DNA from: Pirellulales bacterium
Lineage (GTDB): Bacteria > Planctomycetota > Planctomycetia > Pirellulales > PALSA-1355
DNA: 64,000 nucleotides
Direction: 5' to 3'
NCBI GenBank assembly: GCA_963733035.1
Contig: CAVTBU010000008.1
Location: 192,001-256,000, forward strand
Position 1 is the first letter of the stretch; the number at the start of each line of letters is the position of its first letter. This document shows, in pieces, positions 1-11,420 of this stretch. The notes under the pieces were generated by a model. That model did not search any database, was not told the DNA's origin, and worked only from the letters and a program-made list of their open reading frames with translations. The translations under genes were made by a program, and so were the position numbers.

Positions 1-49
1 GGCATCCCGCCCCAGGTTCACCCGCCTCCAGCAAAGAGTCAGGATAGCC

Positions 50-3000
50 GTGCATCTCGATCATTTGCCAGGATCGTTTTTCGGTCCTTCGAACCTCGTT
101 GACCTGGTTCAGCATCGGGCCGCCCATTCGGCGCACGACCGAGCGTTCATCTACCTGGTCGACGGCGAGACCGAGGAAATCCAACTCACGTACCAGGAGC
201 TCGACCGCCAGGCTCGCGCTGTCGCCGTGCGCCTCCAGGAGCTGAATCTGGTCGGCGAGCGAGCGCTCCTGTTGTATCCGGCTGGCTTGGACTTCATCGC
301 CGCTTTTTTTGGATGCTTGTATGCCGGCGTCGTGGCCGTGCCCGCGTACCCGCCCCGGCGGAATCGTTCGCTCTCGCGAATTCAAGCCATTGCCGACGAC
401 GCCGAAGCCCGCATCGCCCTGACGACGTTTTCTGTTTGGGAACGCGTGCAACCGGTGCTCGACCAAACTCCCGATCTCACGAGAATTGAATGGCTCTGCA
501 CCGACAAGTTGCCGGCTGAAATCGAGGGACAATGGCAACAACCCGACGTACACGGCGACACGTTGGCGTTCCTGCAATACACGTCCGGGTCGACGGGCAT
601 CCCCAAGGGCGTCGTGCTCACACATGCCAACCTGATGCACAATTCGGCGTCGATCGCCTATGCATTCGAACATACCCGGAGCGGTAGCGGCGTGTTCTGG
701 TTGCCCAGTTACCATGACATGGGTCTGATCGGCGGCATCTTGCAGCCCCTCTACATCGGCCAGCCGAACGTGCTGATGAGCCCCATGGCCTTTTTGCAGA
801 AGCCGTTTCGCTGGTTGAAGGCGATCTCGCGATACCGCGCGACGATCGGCGGTGGACCCAATTTTGCCTACGACCTTTGCGTGCGGAAAATCACTCCGGA
901 ACAGCGGGCTACGCTCGACTTGAGCAGTTGGAATCTGGCGTTCAACGGCGCCGAACCGGTGCGGGCCGAAACGCTCGATGCGTTTAGCAAGACGTTCGAG
1001 CCGTGTGGTTTCCGCCGCACGGCGTTTTATCCCTGCTATGGCATGGCCGAAGCCACGCTGATCGTTACCGGCGGCTTTAAAGCGGCGCTACCCGTGGTAC
1101 GCACGTTCGACGCCGAGGCCCTGGAAAACAATCAGGTCGTCGACGCCTTGGCAGACGAGGAGGGCGCTCGCGAGATGGTCGGGAGCGGCGGCAAGCTGCT
1201 CGATCAACGAATCGTCATCGCACATCCGGAACACTTGACCACCATGCCGCCGGACCAGGTCGGCGAGATCTGGGTTTCCGGCCCCAGCGTGGCCCAGGGC
1301 TACTGGAACCGTCCCGAGGAAACGGAGCGGACGTTCCACGCGTATTTGAAGGACACCGGCGAAGGGCCGTTCCTACGTACCGGCGATTTGGGTTTCATGC
1401 AGGATGGCGAACTATTCATCACGGGGCGACTGAAAGATTTGATCATCATCCGCGGGCTGAACCACTATCCACAAGACATCGAGGCGACGGCGGAAAAAAG
1501 CCACTCGCGTTTGCGACCCGGCAACGGCGCGGCGTTCGCCTGCGAGATTGACGGCGTTGAGCGATTGATACTCGTCCAGGAAATTGAGCGAGGCCAGCAA
1601 AATGAGCTGGACGCGGTAATTGAATGCATTCGCCGAAATGTTTCGGTTGAGCATGAGTTAGCCGTCGACGCGGTGGCCTTGATGAAGGCCGGCAGCATCC
1701 CCAAGACGTCCAGCGGCAAGATCCAGCGTCATGCCTGCCGCCAGGCCTTTCTCGACGGGTCGCTCGAGGCGGTCGCCATGTGGCGAACCTGGAGTGGCCC
1801 CATCAAGCCGCCGGCTCCGCCGGAAATGGCACCCAGAAAGTCGGTCGGCGAAGTTCCGCGAGAGACAGCCCCCGCCGGCACCCCTCGCCTGAACGGTTCC
1901 TTGCAAGCTCCCGCCACGCAACTTGTCGACTTATCGACCGCGGAAGTTGTACTCGAACACGTGCGAAGGGTAGCCAAGGAGCGGGCCGTCGGCATTACGC
2001 TCGATAGCTCCATTCCGGAACTGGGGCTCGACTCGCTCGAGCGGATGGAAATCATCGCCGCGCTGGAAGAAACCTACGGCGGCCGTTTCCCCGAAGAGGT
2101 GCTGCCTCAGATCGAAACCGTGCGCGAGGTAGCCGCCGCAGTCGAAACGTATCTGGGCAAAACGCCCAAGACACCGGCCCTTCGTGCTGCCAGCGAGGAA
2201 ATTCCGGAGGAAACGTACCGCTTCGAGTTGTTTCCCGAATACCGTCGGCTGCAGCAGCAAATGCAGGACACTTATTCAGCCGGCTACCGCAATCCGTTTT
2301 TCACGGTTCACGAGCGGGTGATCAACGACACCACGCTCATCGACGGACGCGAGATGGTCAGTTTCTCGAGCTACAACTATGTTGGCACCTCGGGCGATCC
2401 TCGAGTCGTGGCCGCGGTGAAACGAGCCGTCGAACGCTACGGCACGAGCGTTTCGGCCAGCCGACTGGTCTCTGGCGAAAAGCCGATTCACCGCGAACTC
2501 GAACAGGCTCTGGCCGACTTCGTCGGCGTGGAAGCCGCGCTGGCCTTCGTCGGCGGTCATAGCACGAATGAAACGACGCTCGGTCATCTGCTTGGCCCAG
2601 GCGATCTGATTTTGCACGATGCCCTGGCCCACAACAGCATTATTCAGGGCGCGATTCTCTCGGGAGCCCGCCGGCGTTCCTTCCCGCACAACGACTGGCG
2701 CGAGCTCGACAAGCTGCTCGCGGAACTCCGACACACCTACCGACGCGTGGTGATCGCCATCGAAGGTGTTTACAGCATGGACGGCGATATCGCGGACTTG
2801 CCACAATTTATCGACGTGAAAAAGCGACACAAAGCGCTCCTCTATGTAGACGAGGCGCATTCGGCCGGCATCCTCGGCGCCCGCGGACGCGGCATCGCCG
2901 AGCACTTTGGCATCGACCCGCACGAAGTCGACATCTGGATGGGCACGCTCAGCAAAGCCTTCGGAAGCTGCGGCGGTTATATCGCCGGACCCAACGCCCT

Positions 3001-3487
3001 GATTGAGTATCTCAAATACACGGCCCCTGGCTTCTTGTTCGCCGCCGGCATGACGCCGCAAAACACGGCGGCGGCCTTGGCCGCCCTGCGATTGCTCGAA
3101 GCCGAGCCCGAACGGGTCACTCGGCTCCGCGAGCGCTCGGCCCTATTCCTTAAACTGGCTCGCCAACGCGGCCTCGACACGGGCCTCAGCGAAGGTTCGC
3201 CCGTAGTGCCGGTCATTCTGGGCCACTCGCTCGATTGCTTGCGATTGTCGCAGGCGTTGTTCGACCGGGGAATCAACGTCCAGCCGATTATGCATCCGGC
3301 CGTGGAGGAAAAAGCCGCTCGGCTGCGGTTCTTCATCACCTCAGAGCATTCCGAACGGCAGATCCGCGACACGATCGCGGCCGTCGCGGAAGAACTCAAG
3401 AAGATCGACCCGCGCTATCTTAAGAATCTGCACGGTACCAACGGCGCGCATGCATCAACGTCGGTCACGACGGCCGACGCACGCTGA
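50..3487 (+). CDS. Fatty acyl-AMP ligase - ACP - PLP-dependent alpha-oxoamine synthase (AONS/SPT family) fusion
   Basis: Adenylation motifs FLQYTSGSTGIPKG, YGMAEATL, LRTGDLG and PKTSSGK; ACP motif LGLDSL; AOS motifs DEAHS and GTLSKAFG (PLP Lys). Confidence 0.9.
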   Translation: MHLDHLPGSFFGPSNLVDLVQHRAAHSAHDRAFIYLVDGETEEIQLTYQELDRQARAVAVRLQELNLVGERALLLYPAGLDFIAAFFGCLYAGVVAVPAYPPRRNRSLSRIQAIADDAEARIALTTFSVWERVQPVLDQTPDLTRIEWLCTDKLPAEIEGQWQQPDVHGDTLAFLQYTSGSTGIPKGVVLTHANLMHNSASIAYAFEHTRSGSGVFWLPSYHDMGLIGGILQPLYIGQPNVLMSPMAFLQKPFRWLKAISRYRATIGGGPNFAYDLCVRKITPEQRATLDLSSWNLAFNGAEPVRAETLDAFSKTFEPCGFRRTAFYPCYGMAEATLIVTGGFKAALPVVRTFDAEALENNQVVDALADEEGAREMVGSGGKLLDQRIVIAHPEHLTTMPPDQVGEIWVSGPSVAQGYWNRPEETERTFHAYLKDTGEGPFLRTGDLGFMQDGELFITGRLKDLIIIRGLNHYPQDIEATAEKSHSRLRPGNGAAFACEIDGVERLILVQEIERGQQNELDAVIECIRRNVSVEHELAVDAVALMKAGSIPKTSSGKIQRHACRQAFLDGSLEAVAMWRTWSGPIKPPAPPEMAPRKSVGEVPRETAPAGTPRLNGSLQAPATQLVDLSTAEVVLEHVRRVAKERAVGITLDSSIPELGLDSLERMEIIAALEETYGGRFPEEVLPQIETVREVAAAVETYLGKTPKTPALRAASEEIPEETYRFELFPEYRRLQQQMQDTYSAGYRNPFFTVHERVINDTTLIDGREMVSFSSYNYVGTSGDPRVVAAVKRAVERYGTSVSASRLVSGEKPIHRELEQALADFVGVEAALAFVGGHSTNETTLGHLLGPGDLILHDALAHNSIIQGAILSGARRRSFPHNDWRELDKLLAELRHTYRRVVIAIEGVYSMDGDIADLPQFIDVKKRHKALLYVDEAHSAGILGARGRGIAEHFGIDPHEVDIWMGTLSKAFGSCGGYIAGPNALIEYLKYTAPGFLFAAGMTPQNTAAALAALRLLEAEPERVTRLRERSALFLKLARQRGLDTGLSEGSPVVPVILGHSLDCLRLSQALFDRGINVQPIMHPAVEEKAARLRFFITSEHSERQIRDTIAAVAEELKKIDPRYLKNLHGTNGAHASTSVTTADAR

Positions 3488-3787
3488 CACGGCTCCGCCG
3501 TCTCACGCCGATCGTGGTAGCCACCATCGAATCGTGGCAAACCAAACCGAGCTTGACGGGGAAATACGCACTGCATGCACTCATCTGCTGGCGCCTCGCA
3601 TTTGTTTTTGTCAACGTCTTGCGCCCGTTAATCGCCGATAACCAAACTGGCGGCATCGTCACGTTGCCGCCAGCCTGGTTTAGCGATGCTTCACCTCCAA
3701 CCGGGCTCGATCACCTCGTCCGTCGAACGGAAACTCCCGCCCCGTCCGCGTCCTGCCGCGGATGACCCACTCGAGAGGGATACTGCC

Positions 3788-4474
3788 GTGAGCAAGCTAC
3801 AATTGCTACCTTGGATTCGTCGCTGGCGTTCGAGCGTTTGGAGCGGCTGGCCGGAGGAAGCTTACAATCAACCTCGTTACCAGCAGCGCCTCGCGACCGT
3901 TCGTGAACACCTCGCCGAGTGCATCGACACGGCCCCGAAAGGCCCCGTGCGAATCATCAGCATGTGTGCCGGCGACGGCCGTGACTTGGTTGGCGTCCTC
4001 GCGTCGCATCGGCGTCAAGCGGACGTAGTCGCCTGGCTGGTGGAATTGAACCCCGAATCGTTTGCCGCGGGGCGTCGCCGAGCAAGCAGCGCCGGCCTTG
4101 AGCGTGCGGTACGTTTTCTCAACGAGGACGCGACGGCTTTTGCGACGTACCAGCAGCTGGCACCCGCAGATATCGTGCTTGCGTGCGGCGTTTGGGGACA
4201 TGTGCCGGCCGACGAACGAGCACAGTTAGTCGCGGCCTTGACCCGTCTGTGCAAGCCTGGAGGAAAAGTGATTTGGACGCGCGGCGTGTCGAAAGGCGCG
4301 ACGCGACTGCACGACATCCAATCGCTGTTTGCCGATTCCGAGTGGGATCAAACGCGCGCGAGTCTCACGTCCGATGGAAACTGGGCGGTGGTCACGCACT
4401 GCTACCAGGGCCCACTTCGAGAGCTGCCTGGCCACGGACAAATCTTCCATTTCGAGCGATGCGCGAAGTCGTAG
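3788..4474 (+). CDS. Class I SAM-dependent methyltransferase
   Basis: IISMCAGDGRD motif I, LVELNP acidic motif II, CKPGGKVIW; GTG at 3788 after GAGAGGGA. Confidence 0.75.
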   Translation: MSKLQLLPWIRRWRSSVWSGWPEEAYNQPRYQQRLATVREHLAECIDTAPKGPVRIISMCAGDGRDLVGVLASHRRQADVVAWLVELNPESFAAGRRRASSAGLERAVRFLNEDATAFATYQQLAPADIVLACGVWGHVPADERAQLVAALTRLCKPGGKVIWTRGVSKGATRLHDIQSLFADSEWDQTRASLTSDGNWAVVTHCYQGPLRELPGHGQIFHFERCAKS

Positions 4475-4519
4475 CACGTTTCCGCTGACGGATGCACGTT
4501 GAGTCGGCCTATCGCCGGG

Positions 4520-5498
4520 TTACACGTAGCCATTCTCACGAAACCACTGCCAGGCGTCGGCCGCGGACTCGCGAAACGGCCGCGAGCGGTAGCCCAGCTC
4601 GGCTTCAGCGCGCGCGCTGGAAAAGTTGCGTCGTTGCGCCGCGATTGCCGTGGCGGCGCTGTTCACGTCTGGTTCTCGGCCGGTCGACCTTTGCCACCAG
4701 GTCTCCAACATATCCGGCGCCGTATCGAATGAGCGGCCCCACGGGGAATATGGGGGGCGTGCCGCCGCTCACTTCGGCGAAAATTCGCCAGGCCTGGCGA
4801 TAGGTGAGCACGTGCCCCCCCAAGATGTAGCGCCGTCCTGCCTGTCCTCGCTCGAGCGCCGCGAGAATCCCATCGGCCACGTCGCGAACATCGCAAAAGC
4901 AATTTCCACCCGTCGGCACCCAAAGCCCCCAGCCTCTCCCCACCGAAAGCAACATCCGCCCGGACGACGGCTTCCAGTCGTAGGGGCCAATCATGAACCC
5001 CGGGTTGACGATCATGGCCCTGAGGCCCGCGGCAACCTCCTCGAGCACGACCTGCTCGGCCTGGCGTTTCGTCACGACGTACGGAATGGAAAGCCCGCCA
5101 ATAATCGGGGTTTCCTCGTCCACCGGCACATTGGCCGGTGCCCGTCCCAGCGCATCAATGCTGGAAACATGCACCATAGCAGCCCCGGCGGCCCGGGCAG
5201 CGCCGGCCACATGCCGCGTGCCGATCACATTGATCGCCTCCGCCTGCTGCATGCCGGTCCAGCCAATTCGCACCGACGCCGCGGCATGGACCACTCGATC
5301 GACGCCTCGCACGGCGTCGCTGACCGCCTGACGATCGCGAATATCTCCTGGCGCAACTTCCAGATTTCGCAACCCGGCCAGCGGGCGGGGATCGGCCGTT
5401 GCGCGGACCAGCACCCGCACGGTGTCCCCTTCAGCCAGAAGTCGTCGCACGACGTTGTTGCCAACGAGCCCCGTGGCCCCGGTGACCAGCGTAATCAT
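4520..5498 (-). CDS. NAD-dependent epimerase/dehydratase (HpnA/dihydroflavonol reductase-like), apparent frameshift near 4685
   Basis: TLVTGATGLVG Rossmann motif and YVVTK; the family C-terminus (SSARAEAELGY...WFRENGYV) continues in ORF 4520..4711. Confidence 0.8.
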
Positions 5499-5658
5499 CA
5501 CCCACCGCCCGTCCCGCACTTTCCGCCTGGTAACGCCCGAAAACGGCGTGTGCACGCCTCATCTCAACATGACAGAGCTAGGCAAAAGCGGCAATCCAAA
5601 ATAGAATGCTGGTGTGCGATCTGTTCTTTCTCATTTTCACCGCTGAGAGGTCGAAAGC

Positions 5659-5835
5659 GTGCTAACCGAGCAAGAAGTGACCCGCAGTTGGGCGCGTTTG
5701 TTCAAGGGGGAGAAAACCAGCGAGACCTTTGCCAAGGCAGAGACATTGCTGGACGAACTCCGCCCAGAGAGCCCTCTTCGTCACCGCTTGAGCAACGAGC
5801 TGGAAGAGTTGCGCGAGCTGGCGACGCAAGACTAG
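5659..5835 (+). CDS. Small hypothetical protein (58 aa, helical); below the ORF-track cutoff
   Basis: GAGAGG RBS, GTG start, MLTEQEVTRSWARLFKGEKTSETFAKAETLLDELRPESPLRHRLSNELEELRELATQD*, coding-like codon usage. Confidence 0.65.
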   Translation: MLTEQEVTRSWARLFKGEKTSETFAKAETLLDELRPESPLRHRLSNELEELRELATQD

Positions 5836-6066
5836 GCCAGTCAACAAGCCGCGTCTGAATCAAAATTGAACCGCGTCCTACGGGCGTTTTGTCATTGCCC
5901 GCCGCCCCAGTGCCGGTGGCTCGCAAATCGCGATCCGGCAATTGCGGTGTTCAGTCTCTCATTTGGACATCGCTCAAGGCGGTGTTCGCCCGTCGCTCAT
6001 GTTGCCGCCCACTGCCACCGCGGCCTCACAATCGCCAAGCGCCGCTCGAACGTTGGGTTCGATGAT

Positions 6067-7380
6067 TTAGCGGTTGATGGAGACACCAAAGTTCAAGCCG
6101 TTGGCGAAGAAGATCTGGTTGTCGTTCAAGTGGATGCCGACCAAGTTGACCGCATCGTAGTTGATGCTGTTGCTGGCCCGCGAGATGTTGCCGACAACCA
6201 GGCCCGTGTACCCCGCATTGATTGCCACGCTGCGTGTCACGTTGTAGGCGACATTCACGCGAAGCTCACCGACCGGCGAGAAGGTGGTCGTATACAAGTG
6301 ATTGTCGACTCCCAAGCCGCGCGAAATGCTGTCTCGCGTCTCCCGAGGGCGGATTCTGGAGTGCTAGGGTGCCAAAGTTCCCCTTGAGGTGCAGATTCTG
6401 GAAATTCGCCGCCGCCAAAAAGCGAGCGGATAGCGAAGTGACCCACCGTTGGCGTTGATGGAAAAATCGGACGCCAATCTGGGGACCGACGAGATTGTTC
6501 AATGCTCGCATGCTCCACTGGCTGGCATCGAGAATATTTGTTGAGAACGTACCGGTGCCGCCAGGACCGCCGATAGACAGCGTACCGCTTCCATTTCCGT
6601 CGCCCTGGACCCAGAACGTGTCGTTGATCTGCAGCCAGCGTACACCATAGAGACAGTTCGAAGTAAGCGCCCGTATGGAGCCTCCGAGCACGGTAGAATC
6701 GGCTAATTTCCACGCCGTTCATCTGCAGCAGATTCTTCATCCGGAATTCTTGAAAACGATAGGGAATCTCGAACGTTGCGAGCGGAGCCGCCCGAAAGGA
6801 ATCCCTGCAGGAGCCCCCCCGGATCGCCAAAGAAGAATGCCGGGGTTTCGTCAACGCGATACTGTCCCTGGCTGACATGGTCCAGTACGCTCACTAACCA
6901 CCCGTAGTCGTCGGTATCGACGTAGCCCATTTCCCAGCGATTGCCCCAGGCACCAGTGGCACCAATGAAACGATTGTCGACGCCGGGGCCATCGGCAAAC
7001 GGTGCGAATGGTTGGAATGGTGAACGGATTAGTTTCGTACTGCCAACATATGCCATCTGCGGCGCCGCCAACGACCAATACAGTCGCTCGAAGTCGAAGA
7101 AGTACCCAATGTTCGCCTTCTGGCCTCGCCCGTAGCTACTCGTTTCGGCCGGAGCGAACCAGTCGAACCGCGGTTCAAACCCCAACGGCTTGAACGGCTC
7201 GATGATCGGGTGCCCCGTGTCCGACCCGTCTTCCGCCATCGGCGCACTCGCGTTTTCGTAGTTGGGCGTCGGCGTGGGATAGTACACGCCCGAGTGAGCC
7301 GGTTGAGCGATTGCCCGCTCGGCCAGCAAGACCAAGGCTCCCAGCATCAGTAGCCAGATTGCCGTACGTCGAATCAACAT
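6067..7380 (-). CDS. Outer-membrane beta-barrel protein (BBP7-like), split by three apparent frameshifts
   Basis: Signal peptide; consecutive pieces in ORFs 6703..7389, 6255..6878, 6266..6691 and 6067..6315; NNLVGPQIG, FSPVGELRV and C-terminal strand ANGLNFGVSINR. Confidence 0.7.
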
Positions 7381-7874
7381 GTTTCGCATCCACCTTGGCT
7401 CGCACTTGGATTGCCGCGCGTCCGCCCTCCAACACCGAGAGCCCGCGCATTGGGTGTGACGGTTTTATCGGCCGTGCCTGTGACGCGAATTAAGTAAGAA
7501 CGGCAAAGTCTGCCGAAAAAGCCGGCCGTACGGCGGGTCCTGGCGTAAAGCTGGGTTCTCTGCGGCGAGTTGGCCGGCGGATTTCTGCCAAATCCCGATA
7601 GCATTGCTGTCGAAATTGACGTCTATTCACCGCAAATCGCCAGCAGGATTGGTATTTGGGGAAAAGTCTGCGGGCCGAAGGTTTGGCCTCCGCGCATCAC
7701 CGACCGCCGTGCCAAGCTTTCTTGCAGCCGTCCCTTCCGCCGCGGAGCATTCCGCAGCCAGGCTTGGGCCCGTTGTTTGTCGGTCCTTACGTCGACGCGT
7801 ATACTTTCGCTTGGAAGCCCCTTTTCCCCGAGCGGTTTCCCAAACTGCCCCTCTTCGAATAAAGGAACTTCACC

Positions 7875-8816
7875 ATGAAGCGACTCCGCCTGCTCGAATC
7901 GTTGGGATGCCTGGGTCTTGTGCTAGCGGGCTGGTGCGGGGGAGCGGTGGCCGATGAGCCGGCGACCAAGGTTGCCGAGACCAGACCCAAGTACATCCGT
8001 ATTACCCGCGATAAAGAAGACGAACCGATCGCCTTGCAGACGGCGATCGTGCATTTTGTGCCGGTCGATGCCGACGCGGGGAATCTGCATGTCGACCTGG
8101 TCGGGGCTGTGCACGTCGGGGAAAAGAGCTATTACGACGCCCTGAACGACGCATTCGAGGACTATGACGTCGTGCTCTACGAGCTGGTGGCGCCAGAGGG
8201 GACGCGAGTTCCCAAGGGGGGCAAGACCAGCGCGCATCCGGTGGCACTGTTGCAGAACGGCCTGAAAGGCATGCTGGCACTCGAGCATCAGCTCAATTTA
8301 GTCGACTACACCAAGGAGAACATGATCCACGCCGACATGTCTCCCGACGACTTTGCCAAGAGCATGGAGGACCGCAACGAGAGCTTCTTCGGCATGTTCG
8401 CCCGCATGATGGGACAAGCCATGGCCCAGCAGTCGGTTCAGAAGAACAAGACGTCCGACTTCGATGTGCTAGCGGCGCTGTTCAGCCCGGACCGCGCCAA
8501 ATCGATGAAGCGCATCATGGCCGAACAGTTTGAGAATGTCGAGGGGGTCATGGGAGCTCTCGAAGGCCCGGACGGCTCGACGATCATCACCGAGCGCAAC
8601 AAAGTTGCCCTCAAAAAGCTGGCGGAGCAGATCGCGGCCGGCAAAAAGAAGATTGCGATCTTTTACGGGGCAGGGCATTTGGGCGACATGGAAAAGCGCC
8701 TCACCGGCGAGGACTTCAAACTAAAGCGCTCCGGCGAGGACTGGCTCGACGCCTGGCACCTTGGCGCGGAGCCGCCCGCCAAACCTGCCGACGAAACTCC
8801 AAAGAAAGCCGCCTAG
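7875..8816 (+). CDS. Secreted conserved hypothetical protein (possibly TraB/GumN-related)
   Basis: AAAGGA RBS, signal peptide, GAVHVG, IITERN and FYGAGHL motifs. Confidence 0.65.
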   Translation: MKRLRLLESLGCLGLVLAGWCGGAVADEPATKVAETRPKYIRITRDKEDEPIALQTAIVHFVPVDADAGNLHVDLVGAVHVGEKSYYDALNDAFEDYDVVLYELVAPEGTRVPKGGKTSAHPVALLQNGLKGMLALEHQLNLVDYTKENMIHADMSPDDFAKSMEDRNESFFGMFARMMGQAMAQQSVQKNKTSDFDVLAALFSPDRAKSMKRIMAEQFENVEGVMGALEGPDGSTIITERNKVALKKLAEQIAAGKKKIAIFYGAGHLGDMEKRLTGEDFKLKRSGEDWLDAWHLGAEPPAKPADETPKKAA

Positions 8817-9074
8817 CCGTCAGTGGCGTTCCGCAACCGGCTGCTCGCCGTCGGGGCCAACCCCGTCAGTTTTGATGCAACTCGCATTGCTCGAGCCACG
8901 GTTTTTCAAGCGCCTGCGCGCGTGATAGCATGCATACCGAAAACCAAGGCGCCCGCTCCGGCCGTCTCGCTTTACACGCGCGCAGCGATGCTCCATACTA
9001 GCGGACCGCGATTGACCGCCGATGCGCCTCCAGTCGGCGTCGCGGTGTTGTTTTGGTGAGCGCGGGAGTGGTCC

Positions 9075-9893
9075 ATGGCAGGCCTGTCGGTCAGTGAATT
9101 GACGACCTATCGCTGGTCGTTCGAGGAAGATGTTGCCCAATACAAGGCGGCCGGCATCCAGGCGATGGGCGTCTGGCGGCGGAAACTAACCGACTACGGC
9201 GAACAGCGCGGAATCCAACTGCTGCGCGACAGCGGCTTGCGGGCCTCCAGTCTTCTGTGGGCCGGTGGATTCACCGGCAGCGACGGTCGCAGCTACGAGG
9301 AAAGCATCGCTGACGCGCGCGAGGCGATCCAGTTGGCCGCATCGCTCGAGGCCGGCTGCCTCGTCGTCTATAGCGGTGGTCGCAACGGCCATACACAAAA
9401 CCATGCCCGGCGGCTGTTTGCTACCGCGCTGCGCGAGTTGCTCCCTTGGGCCGAGGAGATGGGTGTCACACTGGCCGTGGAGCCGATGCACCCGGGCTGC
9501 GCCGAGGAGTGGACGTTTCTAACCAGCCTCGCCGAGGCAATGGCGTTAATCGACGGCATCGGTCACACGCGCGTCAAGCTCGTGTTCGACACCTATCACC
9601 TGGGATATGAGCGGACCATCATTGAGCAAATCGGCCGGATCGCCCCGCACATCGCCGTGGTCCACTTGGGAGACGGTTGCACGCCTCCTGATCGCGAACA
9701 AAACCGGAACTGTCTCGGCGAAGGGTCGCTCCCCTTGGGTCCGATGATAAAGGCGCTCCAACGCGCGGGCTACAGCGGACATTACGACGTCGAACTGCTG
9801 GGCGAATCCGTCGAACACCGCGACTACCGCGAATTGCTCGAGCACTCGAAGTGCGCGTTCCACAGATTGATGGCCTGCGCGGAACGGCCATAG
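9075..9893 (+). CDS. Sugar phosphate isomerase/epimerase (AP endonuclease 2 TIM barrel)
   Basis: Metal-ligand pattern LAVEPMH, FDTYH, VHLGD, YDVE. Confidence 0.85.
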   Translation: MAGLSVSELTTYRWSFEEDVAQYKAAGIQAMGVWRRKLTDYGEQRGIQLLRDSGLRASSLLWAGGFTGSDGRSYEESIADAREAIQLAASLEAGCLVVYSGGRNGHTQNHARRLFATALRELLPWAEEMGVTLAVEPMHPGCAEEWTFLTSLAEAMALIDGIGHTRVKLVFDTYHLGYERTIIEQIGRIAPHIAVVHLGDGCTPPDREQNRNCLGEGSLPLGPMIKALQRAGYSGHYDVELLGESVEHRDYRELLEHSKCAFHRLMACAERP

Positions 9894-9901
9894 CCGTTTG
9901 T

Positions 9902-11299
9902 CTAGAAGACGCGGTTCATGCCGTTGAGCGCCGCCACACGATAAGCCTCGGCCATCGTCGGATAGTTGAACGTCGTGTTCGTGAAATAGCGAATCGTATT
10001 GTATGGGGCGGGTTGGGCCATGATAGCCTGACCAATATGCACGATCTCCGCCGAGTTTTGCCCGAAACAGTGGATACCCAACAGCGCCAGCGTCTCACGA
10101 TGAAACAGCAGCTTGAGCATACCCACGGTTAGCCCGGTAATTTGCGCTCGGGCCAGATGCTTGAACTGGGCCTTCCCGACTTCGTAGGGCACCTTCTCCT
10201 CGGTCAACTGCCGCTCGGTCTTGCCGAGGGAGGAAATTTCGGGGCTGGTGTAAATGCCGGTGGGAATATCCTCGACGAGGTACAGGTTCACGTCGCCGCA
10301 GAAATGACTGGCGGCAAACCGCCCCTGATCATACGACGCACTTGCCAACGACGGATAGCCCACGACGTCCCCCACGGCGTAAATGTGCGGTTGCGCCGTC
10401 TGGTAGTGTTCGTTGACCTCGATCTGGCCACGGTGATTGGGTTTGACGCCGATGTTCTCCAGACCAAGAGTATCGGTGTTGCCGCTGCGGCCGTTGGCCC
10501 ACAACAGGATATCGGAGCGAACTTTTTTGCCGCTCTTTAGATGCAGAATCACACCTTCCCCGGTCCCCTCGACGCGCTCGTACTCCTCGCTGTGCAGGAT
10601 TCGCACCCCGTTTTCCGACAAGTGGTAGCTTAGCGCCGAAACGATCTCGTCGTCGAGAAACGACAACAGCCGATCGCGAGTGTTGATGAGCGTGACTCGG
10701 GCCTGCATGTTGCGCCACATCGACGCATACTCGCAGCCCACCACTCCGGCCCCATAAATCGTGATACTGGCGGGAGTGCGATTGAGCGTCAGCAGCGTGT
10801 CACTATCGAAAATGTTGGGGTGCGAAAAGTCGACATCCCGAGGGCGATACGGCCGCGAACCGCTGGCAATGACAAAGCCCCGCGCGGTAACCCGCTTGGT
10901 GGCACTTCCCGGGTTTTCGATCTCGATCGTATGCGGATCGACGAACCGCCCGGTGCCGGCCAGCAGATCGACGTCGTTGCGCTCGTAAAACCCTTCGCGC
11001 AGATCAACTTGTTTGGCGATCACGGCATTGGCCGTTGCCAACAGTTCCGGAAAGGAAAACCGCGATTGCGCCTCGAGCCGCGTATTGACGCGCAGCTGAT
11101 TGCAAAGGTTTGCGTGATAGATCGCCTGCCGCAGTGCCTTGCTGGGAATCGTGGCCCAATGCGTGCATCCGCCCCCCACGCATGAGAACCGCTCGATGGC
11201 TGCCACTCGCAGGCCTGCCTTGGAGGCCCGCATCGCGGCGCCTTCGCCACCTGGCCCGGTGCCGATGACCGCGAAATCGTACTGCTGCGTTTCCACCAT
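9902..11299 (-). CDS. sthA: Soluble pyridine nucleotide transhydrogenase
   Basis: Own AGGAGA RBS and [25 protein letters not shown] and [18 protein letters not shown] are typical of SthA. Confidence 0.92.
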   Translation of the reverse strand: MVETQQYDFAVIGTGPGGEGAAMRASKAGLRVAAIERFSCVGGGCTHWATIPSKALRQAIYHANLCNQLRVNTRLEAQSRFSFPELLATANAVIAKQVDLREGFYERNDVDLLAGTGRFVDPHTIEIENPGSATKRVTARGFVIASGSRPYRPRDVDFSHPNIFDSDTLLTLNRTPASITIYGAGVVGCEYASMWRNMQARVTLINTRDRLLSFLDDEIVSALSYHLSENGVRILHSEEYERVEGTGEGVILHLKSGKKVRSDILLWANGRSGNTDTLGLENIGVKPNHRGQIEVNEHYQTAQPHIYAVGDVVGYPSLASASYDQGRFAASHFCGDVNLYLVEDIPTGIYTSPEISSLGKTERQLTEEKVPYEVGKAQFKHLARAQITGLTVGMLKLLFHRETLALLGIHCFGQNSAEIVHIGQAIMAQPAPYNTIRYFTNTTFNYPTMAEAYRVAALNGMNRVF

Positions 11300-11420
11300 G
11301 AATCTCCTCGGACAATACGAGCGGCTAACGCTTTTGCCGCCCGACGCAGCGTTTTCCGAGTCTCGCGACGAAGCCCGGACCGGTTGATCGCTGCCCCAGG
11401 CAAGGCTACGTCGCTGGTGC

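Noticed and set aside
7699..7714. TGGCACG on the minus strand upstream of the beta-barrel gene as a sigma54 promoter
   Set aside because: The -12 position reads GG instead of GC, and it is over 300 bp from the start.
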